The notes beneath the pieces are model-generated. The model was not told the DNA's origin, searched no databases, and saw only the letters and a program-made list of their open reading frames with translations. Shown one piece after another: positions 20,240 to 29,158 of a stretch of DNA of 64,000 nucleotides. Position numbers and translations under genes: made by a program. The stretch's first letter is position 1. Each line of letters opens with the position of its first letter. The stretch covers positions 31,285 through 95,284 of IMG/VR virus record IMGVR_UViG_2802429224_000004; one strand, given 5' to 3'. The stretch comes from a virus (Duplodnaviria > Heunggongvirae > Uroviricota > Caudoviricetes).

Positions 20240-20345
20240 CATTTCAGGCCAGAAATGGCGCGGCTTACAGCGATCCGGGATCTTCTTTGGATCTTCCTAG
20301 GTTCTCTTTAGGATCTGTTTATTGGATCTATGCTGTGGATAAGTT
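20240..20345. other. oriR-like origin segment with GATC cluster and DnaA box
   Basis: Five GATC sites within about 70 bp and TTATCCACA (reverse strand) at about 20331. Confidence 0.45.
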
Positions 20346-20385
20346 GAATAAACCGGCCAATAAAGCCGGTTGGAAGGAAGCCGTA

Positions 20386-20778
20386 TTATTCTACGCTTTC
20401 GATAAGAAGACCATGTTCATAACATTTAAGCTCATCGCCTTCGTACAGGAATTGGTATCCAATACCACCATTTTCATGGACATTAGGGAATAACTCATAA
20501 CTCACTGAAGAGCAAATCACACCAATGCAGCGATCAACGCCTTCTCGTTCTTCAGTGCTGAAAAAATCCTCTTCGGTAAGAACATGAGTACATTGCTCAT
20601 CAGCATAGGTCGGAAATATATGCTCGATGCAATCCGGGTGTTTTAAACCAAGCTGATCGGCAAGCTCGAAAGCATGACGGTATTGTTCAGATCCTGGCTT
20701 GCCAACAGTGATGTGCTCAATTTTGTAGATTGAAGTCGCTTTGTTGATAGTTTGCTTTACTGTTACTTTATCAGACAT
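20386..20778 (-). CDS. Hypothetical protein (P1 upfA position)
   Basis: 130 aa ORF upstream of the origin. Confidence 0.4.
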   Translation of the reverse strand: MSDKVTVKQTINKATSIYKIEHITVGKPGSEQYRHAFELADQLGLKHPDCIEHIFPTYADEQCTHVLTEEDFFSTEEREGVDRCIGVICSSVSYELFPNVHENGGIGYQFLYEGDELKCYEHGLLIESVE

Positions 20779-20789
20779 AAAAATCCCTT

Positions 20790-21122
20790 TTAGTTACCGC
20801 TGATAGCGCGGTTGTAATCATTAACGTTGCGATTCTTCCTGTTAATCCCCATCAGCATCGTTTCTGTATCAAGGATATAGGCTGGCAGATCATCAAAATA
20901 TTCACTGCTAAACTCTGGCATCCTGCACATAAATGCACTTTTGGGGGCAGGGTGGTTAACCTTTGTCGGCGTCGGCGTTAAATTCGCTGATCGACTCCCG
21001 GAGCAACCGCTGAGTGTCAGCAGGAATGCGCTGGCGAACATTACCCGCCGCAACCAGTTGTTTCTGAACTTCTGCTTTTCGTTCCATTTGCCTGTCAGCA
21101 TACTTGGCTTGCTCTGATTCAT
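20790..21122 (-). CDS. Lipoprotein (P1 mlp position)
   Basis: Lipobox LLTLSGCSG. Confidence 0.45.
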   Translation of the reverse strand: MNQSKPSMLTGKWNEKQKFRNNWLRRVMFASAFLLTLSGCSGSRSANLTPTPTKVNHPAPKSAFMCRMPEFSSEYFDDLPAYILDTETMLMGINRKNRNVNDYNRAISGN

Positions 21123-21405
21123 TTTTCACTTCCTGGCTGTGAAAATGTTGATCTGCTTTGTTCATCGTCTCAATGGTCTGGTTAAGATCCATTATTGACT
21201 TATCACGTTCCTTAACAGCCTGATCAAGACTGCCAATTTTCTCGATGGCTTGCTTTAGCTGATGACGTTCCCATGCAAACCCAGCACCAACAAGTGCGCA
21301 AATCAGAACAAGAACACCAGTAGCAGCAAGTTTCTCCTTCAAAGACAAAGCTGTTTTTAACGTAGAAAAGAATGACATGTCTTCCTCCTGAAGAAAAATT
21401 ATCAA
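20956..21405 (-). CDS. Membrane-anchored or periplasmic protein; overlaps the neighbouring ORF in another frame
   Basis: 149 aa; hydrophobic segment GVLVLICALVGAGFAW. Confidence 0.3.
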   Translation of the reverse strand: MIIFLQEEDMSFFSTLKTALSLKEKLAATGVLVLICALVGAGFAWERHQLKQAIEKIGSLDQAVKERDKSIMDLNQTIETMNKADQHFHSQEVKNESEQAKYADRQMERKAEVQKQLVAAGNVRQRIPADTQRLLRESISEFNADADKG

Positions 21406-21417
21406 TGAAGTCCTTTG

Positions 21418-22263
21418 TTACTGTGCCGCTTTGTTTAATTCATCAAGAACAGAATCAGGAACCAAAGCGGCGACTGCGCTGGATGTGCTGGTCTTATTTG
21501 CTGATGCCTCCGCAAGCGCGGTACCAATAGCATGGTTATAAGCAGTTATGGCTATGCTGGCGCTTTCCTTCGCCCGTTCATACTGCTGTTGCAATGCAAC
21601 TGTGGGCGCTGTTGTTTGGTTGAAAACTCCCCCAAACTGTTCAGTTGCTACTTTCAGTGCTTCAATTTGCTTTTCTGTTAGTGCTGGTGGGGGAGTGGCA
21701 GTACCTCCGCCTGAATCAGAGCCTGACGAGTTTCCTGAGCCAGTGTTAAGGGTCTGGTTAATATCTCCCATAGCAGCAACTAAACTTGATGTATTAAGCG
21801 CGTTTACAGCGTCCTCAAGCGATTTAGTAATAGTCACATCACCAATGGCAATAGAGATCGGCAGTTCTGATACTTCTCGCTCATTAGCACGGCAATAAAC
21901 ATCCCAACCAATATCGAGTTGAAGCAGCATTGACAGATCTGCATAACCAGCCAACAGGTCCGCGTGCTTAGTTGCCAGTTCTCCAATGTTCGTTAAGCCG
22001 GTTGTGGTTGTTCTGATCGTTGAAACATAGCTGGTAATAGTGTCGGGATAGACAATTGCATCCAGAATTAATCCGGTCAATTCTTCTGCAAGCAGTTTTG
22101 CTGTGTTAGCACTGTTTCGTGCCGATGTTATGGCACCAGGTGTTTTCATCCCACCGGCGGCGGCCAATTTTTTATATGCGGATAACTGGTAGTCTTTTTC
22201 CAGCATGATATCTCCTAACTTACCTGAACCAGGCCGTCTCCGGACGCTACGGTAGATCCGCAT
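21418..22263 (-). CDS. Hypothetical protein (P1 upfB position)
   Basis: 281 aa ORF. Confidence 0.45.
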   Translation of the reverse strand: MRIYRSVRRRPGSGKLGDIMLEKDYQLSAYKKLAAAGGMKTPGAITSARNSANTAKLLAEELTGLILDAIVYPDTITSYVSTIRTTTTGLTNIGELATKHADLLAGYADLSMLLQLDIGWDVYCRANEREVSELPISIAIGDVTITKSLEDAVNALNTSSLVAAMGDINQTLNTGSGNSSGSDSGGGTATPPPALTEKQIEALKVATEQFGGVFNQTTAPTVALQQQYERAKESASIAITAYNHAIGTALAEASANKTSTSSAVAALVPDSVLDELNKAAQ

Positions 22264-22499
22264 GAAACAGGGTCACCAACGCATACGATCCCTTTACCAT
22301 TGACGGTAAACCATGCCCTGGTTGATATAGCTTGCCCACTGTGCGTGCTGTTTCCATCGGTATGCTGTGCATATTGCTTACCATCAACTAACACTTCGAC
22401 TCCGTTGACTTTAAGTAGTGGTTCACTCTCTACAGGAGGCCTGGATGGGAATCCTCCGTGCCCCGAACAAATGCTGTCTTTTGTTGCAATACTTGCCAC
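22215..22499 (-). CDS. Hypothetical protein (P1 upfC position)
   Basis: 94 aa ORF. Confidence 0.35.
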   Translation of the reverse strand: MASIATKDSICSGHGGFPSRPPVESEPLLKVNGVEVLVDGKQYAQHTDGNSTHSGQAISTRAWFTVNGKGIVCVGDPVSCGSTVASGDGLVQVS

Positions 22500-22580
22500 G
22501 TCATCACCAATTATTTGCTCTGATTTTCGTTATTTTAACTCAGGTTGTTTGTGGTCTACATGGCGTTTTTCTATTGTAAA

Positions 22581-22597
22581 ATTGCTCTAATAAATAT
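22581..22597 (+). promoter_or_regulatory. C1 operator, 16/17
   Basis: ATTGCTCTAATAAATAT at the head of the small ORF-rdgC-dmt operon. Confidence 0.6.
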
Positions 22598-22668
22598 TGT
22601 TTTTTATGTCGTATTTTCGGTACCATTCAGCCATCGCCCTTCAATGGGCATTTGTTTGGAGTCGTCAG

Positions 22669-22953
22669 ATGCAGATGGAGCTAATAAGCCGCAAAGAGTT
22701 CGATAGCCGTGTAACCAGCGGTGAACTCGACAATTTGCAGGCTATCAAGGTGAAAGAAGGCTTTTGCCTCATTGGGAATCAGAGCGGAACAAATCGCGTT
22801 TTTATGCTTCGCCGTACGGATTTGAAGCCATTTGTCTGGAAGAACGAAATTGGTCCCAGCTCATACGCTCAAACGAGGGGGTGCCACAACCTGGCCTTTT
22901 TCTACAAAGACGAGCTTTCTGTGGTTGATATTCAAGGGTTACAACATGTTTAA
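22669..22953 (+). CDS. Small hypothetical protein (start set at internal ATG)
   Basis: Roughly 94 aa from [11 protein letters not shown]... Confidence 0.35.
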   Translation: MQMELISRKEFDSRVTSGELDNLQAIKVKEGFCLIGNQSGTNRVFMLRRTDLKPFVWKNEIGPSSYAQTRGCHNLAFFYKDELSVVDIQGLQHV

Positions 22954-23851
22954 GCACTGGAAAAACATTACTATTTATAAACTTTCTCGTGAGGCGGATC
23001 TGACCGATTTAGAAGCTAAAAAGAAAATGATCCTTTTCACGCCATGCTGTAGTCAGGATATGGTCAAGTTCGGTTTTGTATCTCCATTTGGTGATAATTC
23101 CGAAGTTATCGCTATGCATGGAAATGGTTTTATCCTTGTTGAAGCAAAGCGCGAAACAAAAATTCTTCCCCCGCCGGTTATCCAGCGAGCTATTCAAGAA
23201 AAAATTGAAAAACTTGAGCAAGAACAAGCGCGTAAACTGAAGAAAACAGAGAAGGACTCCCTGAAAGACGAAGTTCTGCATTCTCTTCTGCCACGGGCTT
23301 TTTCAAAGTTTTCTGTTATCCAGGCGATCTACGACGGTTCAACTAAACGTATCTATATCAATGCCAGCGCGCGGCAGGCAGAGGATATGCTCGCGCTTAT
23401 GCGTAAATCTCTGGGTTCTCTTCCTGTTGTTCCCCTAAGTGTTGAAAATCCCATTGAATTAACGCTGACCGACTGGGTACGTGATGGTAGTGCTCCACAG
23501 GGATTTCAAATGGGGGATGCGGCAGAACTTAAGGCAGTGCTTGAGGATGGCGGTATTGCCCGAGTGAAAAAGCAGGATTTGGGAAGCGATGAAATTTCCA
23601 CACACCTGGAAGCTGGCAAGCTCGTCACTAAGTTGGCACTCGACTGGCAGAACCGCATTAAATTTACACTGGACCATAACTTCAGCCTTACCAGCGTCAA
23701 ATTTGCGGATGAATTGCTTGAGCAGAACTCTGATATTGATAGTGAAGATGTAGCGCAGCGACTGGACGCAGATTTCTTCCTGTTGACCAGTGAAATTTCG
23801 TGCCTGGTTGATGCTCTGGTAAATGCCCTTGGTGGAGAGGCTAAGCAGTGA
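22946..23851 (+). CDS. rdgC: RdgC-family recombination-associated protein
   Basis: 302 aa from [16 protein letters not shown]...; [25 protein letters not shown] and [13 protein letters not shown] match E. coli RdgC as remembered. Confidence 0.7.
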   Translation: MFKHWKNITIYKLSREADLTDLEAKKKMILFTPCCSQDMVKFGFVSPFGDNSEVIAMHGNGFILVEAKRETKILPPPVIQRAIQEKIEKLEQEQARKLKKTEKDSLKDEVLHSLLPRAFSKFSVIQAIYDGSTKRIYINASARQAEDMLALMRKSLGSLPVVPLSVENPIELTLTDWVRDGSAPQGFQMGDAAELKAVLEDGGIARVKKQDLGSDEISTHLEAGKLVTKLALDWQNRIKFTLDHNFSLTSVKFADELLEQNSDIDSEDVAQRLDADFFLLTSEISCLVDALVNALGGEAKQ

Positions 23852-26112
23852 AAGAGCTGTGCTATGGATCTGTTTGCAGTGGAATTGAAGCCGCGAGTAT
23901 TGCCTGGGAACCGTTGGGTATGCGTCCGGCGTGGTTTGCTGAAATCGAGCCTTTTCCATCTGCCGTTCTTGCGCACCGCTGGCCCCATGTCGCCAACCTT
24001 GGCGACATGACAAAACTTGCCAAAAAAGTCCTGGCTGGGGAAATCGAATCCCCTGATGTGCTCGTCGGGGGAACACCTTGTCAGGCATTCAGTATCGCTG
24101 GATTACGTGGTGGGCTTGATGATGAGCGTGGCGCGCTAACTTTAAAGTATGTGGAGCTTGCAAATGCAATTGACGACAAACGGGCTGAGTCATTTCTCAA
24201 ACCAGCCGTTATCGTCTGGGAAAATGTCCCAGGAGTCTTGTCATCGGCAGATAACGCCTTCGGATGTTTCCTTGCCGGATTGGCTGGAGAAGATGCGCCA
24301 TTTGAACCAGGTGATCGACCTGAATCAGGAAAAAGTAACGCGTTCTGGCGGTGGGATGGCAAAACCGGTTGCCATGCTCCAAAGTGGCCGCAGTGTGGTT
24401 GTATTTATGGACCGCAGCGAAAAGTGGCCTGGAGAATCCTTGATGCCCAATACTTCGGAGTGGCACAACGACGCCGACGCGTGTTTGTTGTCGCAAGTGC
24501 TCGAACAGACCTCGATCCCGCAACGGTACTTTTTGAGTTCGAAGGCGTGCGCCGGAATATTGCGCCGAGCCGAAAAAAGAAGGAAATCACTTCCGCCATT
24601 ATTGCAAATGGCGCTGCAATCAGTGGCGAAAGCCTAAATCTATGCCTACACGCTGACATGCCACCCGGTATGAAATCGACGAAAGCCGTAAACGCTTTCA
24701 GGATGGCAGCATTTGGGGAATATATTGACGATGAAACCGCATCGACAGTAAAGGCAAGAGATTTTAAAGATGCCACTGACCTTGCCGTTTTTAGCAGCAC
24801 AGGAGCAGGTTTTTGGTCAGAAGGGCATGGTACATTGCGGGCACGTGAGCAAGAAAGCCATGAGCATCTTGTTACATTGGCTTTTCCTGAGCGTATGAGC
24901 GGTACACAACATGCTGCAACTAAGAATACTTCACCATCTCTAATGGCTAAAAATCCAACAGCTGTTTGCTATGAAGTAAGAAACGCAGAAGTAGCTGTCC
25001 GCCGTCTTACCCCTGTCGAATGTGAAAGGCTGCAAGGTTTTCCTGATGGGCATACGTTGATCCCGACGGAAAAGCGTAAAAAAGTTAATTCAGATGAACT
25101 GGCATACCTTCGCAAAAACTATCCTGATTTGAGCGAAGAAGAGGCCGCGATGCTTGCAGCTGACGGACCGCGTTACAAAGCGATCGGCAATAGTATGGCG
25201 ATACCAGTAATGCGCTGGATTGGCGATCGGATTACCAAGGCTGCATGTCGGCAGAATGAAGGGAATGAAACAAAAGAGCGAAAAGTTAAACCAGCGGCAG
25301 AATTCGAACGGTCCATATTCAAATGGGCTGGTGGAAAATTTGGTGTTCTGGAACAAATCTTTCGCTATTTGCCAGAAGGGAAGCGCCTGATTGAACCTTT
25401 CGTCGGTGGCGGAGCTGTCTTCATGAATGCCGGATACAAGGAAAATCTGCTAAATGATGTGAATGCTGACCTGATTAACTTTTACAAGACTTTGCAACGT
25501 GAGGAACGTTCACTTATCACTCTGGCGCATCGGTTTTTCCAGGACTACAACACACAGGAAGGATACCTGGCAGTACGGAATGCGTTTAACAAACAAGTCT
25601 ATGATGATTTACATCGCGCAGCGGCGTTTTTGTTCCTGAACCGACATTGTTTTAACGGATTGACGCGTTACAACCAAGCCGGTGAGTTCAATGTCGGTTA
25701 TGGGAAGTATAAAACTCCGTATTTCCCATTGCAGGAGATGGAAGCCTTCCTTGGTGCGGAAGGGCGTTCTGAGTTTGTATGTGGTGATTTTGCTGCGGTG
25801 ATTGAAGCTGCCGGAGAAGGAGATGTCATTTTTTGCGATCCGCCATATGAACCGCTTCCAAATACAGAGGGATTCACGAACTATTCCGGTCATGACTTTA
25901 AGTTTGAAGAGCAAAAACGCCTGGTGTCTCTGTTGACGGATGCTCATCGCCGAGGTGCAAAGGTTCTAATTACTAACAGTGGCGCGCCAAATATCAGAGA
26001 GCTTTATCATGACAGTGGCTTCAGAGTGGAACCTCTTTTTGCCAGACGTTCTGTGTCTTGTAAGGGGGACACTCGAGGTGTAGCTCATGACGTTTTAGGT
26101 ATATTGCTCTAA
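23848..26112 (+). CDS. dmt: Bifunctional DNA methyltransferase Dmt: N-terminal C5-cytosine domain, C-terminal Dam-like N6-adenine domain
   Basis: 754 aa; [12 protein letters not shown] (PCQ motif) and [11 protein letters not shown] (ENV motif); later [12 protein letters not shown]...EPFVGGGAV and DPPY. Confidence 0.8.
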   Translation: MKELCYGSVCSGIEAASIAWEPLGMRPAWFAEIEPFPSAVLAHRWPHVANLGDMTKLAKKVLAGEIESPDVLVGGTPCQAFSIAGLRGGLDDERGALTLKYVELANAIDDKRAESFLKPAVIVWENVPGVLSSADNAFGCFLAGLAGEDAPFEPGDRPESGKSNAFWRWDGKTGCHAPKWPQCGCIYGPQRKVAWRILDAQYFGVAQRRRRVFVVASARTDLDPATVLFEFEGVRRNIAPSRKKKEITSAIIANGAAISGESLNLCLHADMPPGMKSTKAVNAFRMAAFGEYIDDETASTVKARDFKDATDLAVFSSTGAGFWSEGHGTLRAREQESHEHLVTLAFPERMSGTQHAATKNTSPSLMAKNPTAVCYEVRNAEVAVRRLTPVECERLQGFPDGHTLIPTEKRKKVNSDELAYLRKNYPDLSEEEAAMLAADGPRYKAIGNSMAIPVMRWIGDRITKAACRQNEGNETKERKVKPAAEFERSIFKWAGGKFGVLEQIFRYLPEGKRLIEPFVGGGAVFMNAGYKENLLNDVNADLINFYKTLQREERSLITLAHRFFQDYNTQEGYLAVRNAFNKQVYDDLHRAAAFLFLNRHCFNGLTRYNQAGEFNVGYGKYKTPYFPLQEMEAFLGAEGRSEFVCGDFAAVIEAAGEGDVIFCDPPYEPLPNTEGFTNYSGHDFKFEEQKRLVSLLTDAHRRGAKVLITNSGAPNIRELYHDSGFRVEPLFARRSVSCKGDTRGVAHDVLGILL

Positions 26113-26119
26113 TAAATTT
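26103..26119 (+). promoter_or_regulatory. C1 operator, perfect 17/17 (Op72-like, ban operon)
   Basis: ATTGCTCTAATAAATTT overlapping the dmt stop codon. Confidence 0.7.
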
Positions 26120-26293
26120 ATTAGTGTAATATCGCCTCAATGAATCGTGATTTATAGAGCGATTTAGCTGTTAGCCGCGACAGGCGCGGCGGTAAGCATG
26201 GCTGGGCCTAGTCCTCCCAGACAAACCACCGAGTTGCCAGGTTGACCATGCGCCTAAGTGGCAACACCGAAGTGCGTTACGAGCTTCCAGTTT

Positions 26294-26318
26294 GCCCATC
26301 TTCGGGTGGGCGTTTTTT
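26294..26318 (+). terminator. Rho-independent terminator or attenuator about 180 nt downstream of the operator
   Basis: GCCCATC-TTCG-GGTGGGC followed by GTTTTTT. Confidence 0.55.
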
Positions 26319-26498
26319 CAGGGTTTTCGTCATGGTTAGCGACTTTGCGGCGGTTTAGAAACTGACCATTAAAGTAAATGCAAACGATGATCTGATGATG
26401 GCAGCGGCCTAAGAAGCCAGACGCCACGGGGTATGAGTCGTCCCCCGTCAAAAAATCGACCGCAGAGTGTCCCCGTCTGTGTATTAGGGAACGGGGAG

Positions 26499-26579
26499 GC
26501 ACAACAGGTAAGGGCGCTGGTGTGATTAACCAGATGAACGAGAAGGGGCCATCTGTTGGTCAGCGTCCTTTCCTGTTGC
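26499..26579 (+). other. Structured hairpin element Y1
   Basis: GCACAACAGGTAAGGGCG pairs with CGTCCTTTCCTGTTGCG around an internal hairpin. Confidence 0.35.
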
Positions 26580-26783
26580 GTCTTCTTTTCAGCGTAACAG
26601 CGGTGCTTAACAGCACTTTGGGTACAGTTCCACGAATTTACGGGTATATCCCGTCATGCTGAAAGCGCTAATCACGCTGGAAGCCAGGGTTATGCATCCC
26701 CTGTTACCGAATTGCAGCCAGGGCGCGGTGCGCCGAAAAGCATACGGAGGTGGAAGCCCTCGCCGGAGACGTACCCGGCAAGT

Positions 26784-26858
26784 GATGGTGTAGCTCAGCG
26801 GTAGAGCAGTTGGCTGTTAACCAACTGGTCGGTGGTTCGAATCCACCCACCATCGCCA
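26784..26858 (+). tRNA. tRNA-Asn (anticodon GTT)
   Basis: Hand-folded cloverleaf: acceptor GATGGTG/CACCATC, D-arm GCTC...GAGC, anticodon loop CTGTTAA, T-arm GGTGG-TTCGAAT-CCACC, CCA encoded. Confidence 0.8.
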
Positions 26859-26860
26859 AT

Positions 26861-26993
26861 GCCGGTTTAGCTCAGTGGGAGAGCACGAGAGCCAAAGCAT
26901 CGTTTCTACTTCGGTAGACAGCCTTGCTGGTCAAATGACAACGATTCGATGTTAGGCCAGAGGTCAGCGGTTCGAATCCGTTAACCGGCACCA
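26861..26993 (+). other. Atypical 133-nt tRNA-like element lacking a recognisable anticodon arm
   Basis: Canonical acceptor (GCCGGTT/AACCGGC), D-arm, AGGTC variable loop, T-arm GGTTCGAATCC and ACCA, but about 60 extra nt in the centre including a TCTAC-TTCG-GTAGA hairpin. Confidence 0.35.
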
Positions 26994-26995
26994 GC

Positions 26996-27081
26996 ACAAC
27001 AGGTAAGGGTATTTTGCGACGTCGGAGATCGCCGAGCTTGGCAGAGGGTTCGAATCCCTACGAAGTACCCTTACCGTTGTG
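26996..27081 (+). other. Structured hairpin element Y2
   Basis: CACAACAGGTAAGGGTA pairs with TACCCTTACCGTTGTG; contains an AGGG-TTCGAAT-CCCT T-arm-like hairpin. Confidence 0.35.
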
Positions 27082-27226
27082 AGGAAGTGCAGCTCTTTGA
27101 AGCAACCAGAAGATAAGCATCTGGCTTCACCACATAAACCGCAGGAACGACCAATAAACGGTAGTCCGTATGGAGAACACCCCGTTGAGGAAGAGGCCTG
27201 GCCGGAACCGTAACCGGCACTACAAC

Positions 27227-27308
27227 GTTGAGAACACTGGCGTAACGGGGTCATATCCCAATCTATGAATAAATGTCGCGAGGCAGCGTGACAACCAGTG
27301 TTCTCAAC
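27227..27308 (+). other. Structured hairpin element A
   Basis: Perfect 14-bp stem GTTGAGAACACTGG/CCAGTGTTCTCAAC; loop carries GTAACGGGGTCATATCCCAATCTA. Confidence 0.35.
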
Positions 27309-27497
27309 ATTGTGGTGAATGCACAGGCTGATGTGCCGCAACTACAGTAGTGCGCGCTTTGCGGGGCTTGCTACAACCCTGTGTCGGAGTTCAGCACCGA
27401 CCATCACAGTTTGATTCTCTGGCATGAGCATAACGCTGAAATAAGTCCAGTCTGGTGCGGCCCGATCACCCGCCGTTAGCTCCACGAAACGGAGCAC

Positions 27498-27574
27498 GTA
27501 ACAGGTAAGAGCATTCTCCTGTAACGGGTTCATATCCCAATCTACAGGTCCACCAAGAATGCTCTTTCCGTTGC
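27498..27574 (+). other. Structured hairpin element Y3
   Basis: GTAACAGGTAAGAGCATTCT pairs with AGAATGCTCTTTCCGTTGC; inner stem CCTGTA/TACAGG; loop carries GTAACGGGTTCATATCCCAATCTA. Confidence 0.35.
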
Positions 27575-27725
27575 GGTGAATGCGGCTAAGCGCACGCGGG
27601 GAAATGGTTATATCAGTCCATTCATTTCTCCTTGTTTCCCCGTCCACGGTGGATAACCAGCCAAAGGACACCGGGAGGCACCCGGCACCGCAGCTTTTTT
27701 ATTCGTTAAATAATGGAGTGAGAGG

Positions 27726-27962
27726 ATGCAGAACAATCCGAACAAATGTCGAACGCTATGGGTGCGGTTATATATTTATGCCGTCCTCTGTTTGATTGTG
27801 TCACTGGTTCTGTATGTTTGGCTTTTGCCAAATATGATCTCATCTAACAGCACAATACTTGTATTGTTGGGAGTCCTTCTCGCGCTCATTTACCCGGCTT
27901 TCGCAGTAGTCTTTTTTCGTGAAAAAACCAGGAAATTAATTAATGAAAAAAACGTTGATTAG
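27726..27962 (+). CDS. Small membrane protein (P1 upl-like)
   Basis: 78 aa, two hydrophobic helices, immediately upstream of the lipoprotein gene. Confidence 0.45.
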   Translation: MQNNPNKCRTLWVRLYIYAVLCLIVSLVLYVWLLPNMISSNSTILVLLGVLLALIYPAFAVVFFREKTRKLINEKNVD

Positions 27963-28770
27963 TGCAGCGATTATTTTGGGTTCTTTATGTCTGACCGGAT
28001 GCGATCGGGTAGAGCCAGGTAACGTAGGGATCAAAGTAAATAAGCTGGGGGATGATAAAGGTATCGGTGAAGTAGTTGGTGTTGGTCGCTACTGGACAGG
28101 CTTGAATACTGAAGTTTATATCTTCCCGACCTTTAAGCAAATGAAGACATACGATGAGCCGTTCAGCTTCCAGATGAGCGACGGAACAACCATTGGTTAC
28201 CACATCGGCGTAGCCTACAAGGTTGATCCAGCAAAAGTCACAACGGTATTTCAGACCTATCGCAAAGGTGTAGATGATATTACTGATACCGATCTACGCC
28301 AGAAGGTTGCAGATGCTCTGAACCGGTTAGCCAGCAAAATGACCACCGACAAATTTATCGACGGTGGCAAATCTGAATTGCTTGATGCAGCCCTTAAAGA
28401 CATTCAGGAAGAAATGACGCCAATCGGCATTCAGGTGATGAGCCTCTCTTATGTAGGTAAGCCAGAATATCCGCCAACAGTTATTGACAGTATTAACGCC
28501 AAAGTTACGGCAAACCAAAAAACCCTGCAACGCGAGCAAGAGGTCAAACAACGTGAAGCAGAGGCCAACATGCTGCGCGCGGAAGCTGCCGGACAGGCTG
28601 ATGCTATTCGCACAAAAGCCCAGGCCGAAGCTGATGCCATTCGTTTACGTGGTGAAGCTCTGCGCCAGAACCCCGGTGTTATGGAGTTGGAAGCGATCAA
28701 CAAATGGAACGGTACATTACCGCAGTATATGACCAGTAATGCCGCTGTTCCGTTTGTTCCGGTGAAATAA
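27943..28770 (+). CDS. SPFH/band-7 domain lipoprotein (P1 plp-like)
   Basis: 275 aa; lipobox LCLTGC; coiled Ala/Glu-rich C-terminus. Confidence 0.55.
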   Translation: MKKTLISAAIILGSLCLTGCDRVEPGNVGIKVNKLGDDKGIGEVVGVGRYWTGLNTEVYIFPTFKQMKTYDEPFSFQMSDGTTIGYHIGVAYKVDPAKVTTVFQTYRKGVDDITDTDLRQKVADALNRLASKMTTDKFIDGGKSELLDAALKDIQEEMTPIGIQVMSLSYVGKPEYPPTVIDSINAKVTANQKTLQREQEVKQREAEANMLRAEAAGQADAIRTKAQAEADAIRLRGEALRQNPGVMELEAINKWNGTLPQYMTSNAAVPFVPVK

Positions 28771-28797
28771 AAGCGTAAGCAAAATTGGCAGTAATCC

Positions 28798-28873
28798 GGC
28801 CCTTTAGCTCAGTGGTTAGAGCTGGCGACTCATAATCGCACGGTCACCGGTTCAAGTCCGGTAGGGGCCACCA
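28798..28873 (+). tRNA. tRNA-Ile2 / Met-type (anticodon CAT)
   Basis: Hand-folded cloverleaf; anticodon loop CTCATAA; T-arm ACCGG-TTCAAGT-CCGGT; close to E. coli ileX as remembered. Confidence 0.75.
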
Positions 28874-29158
28874 TATTTGGTTGTAACACGGCGTCTGGCA
28901 CATGCGTCGTTAGCGGTCTGGTGACGTTAAAGGGGTTACCTTTTCCCCTAGCTCAGGCAACAAACCAGGTAGCCGGAATGTGCAAGTCACCGTTGGAGGG
29001 ATAGCGGATACAGGGACTCACCATCCTGGCGATTCGGTGTGACAGCCGGGAAGAGTCCGGCGCATTAATCCTGATTTTCTGGTGATGACTCATATCGTTA
29101 GGAGTGATTTGAGTATGCCGATTATATCTGACATTCAGCACGCCTGGGTGGAGTGCTA

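Noticed and set aside
26499-27574. Integron attC sites or MITE-like inverted repeats
   Set aside because: Core sites do not fit GTTRRRY, there is no integrase or cassette structure, and the stems show compensatory changes, which fits RNA structure better than DNA recombination sites.
26254-27671. Minus-strand ORFs 26254..26502, 26964..27341 and 27342..27671
   Set aside because: They are antisense to tRNA-Asn, the tRNA-like element and the structured hairpins; their codons mirror RNA stems (for example the T-arm read as ...LTDSNR).
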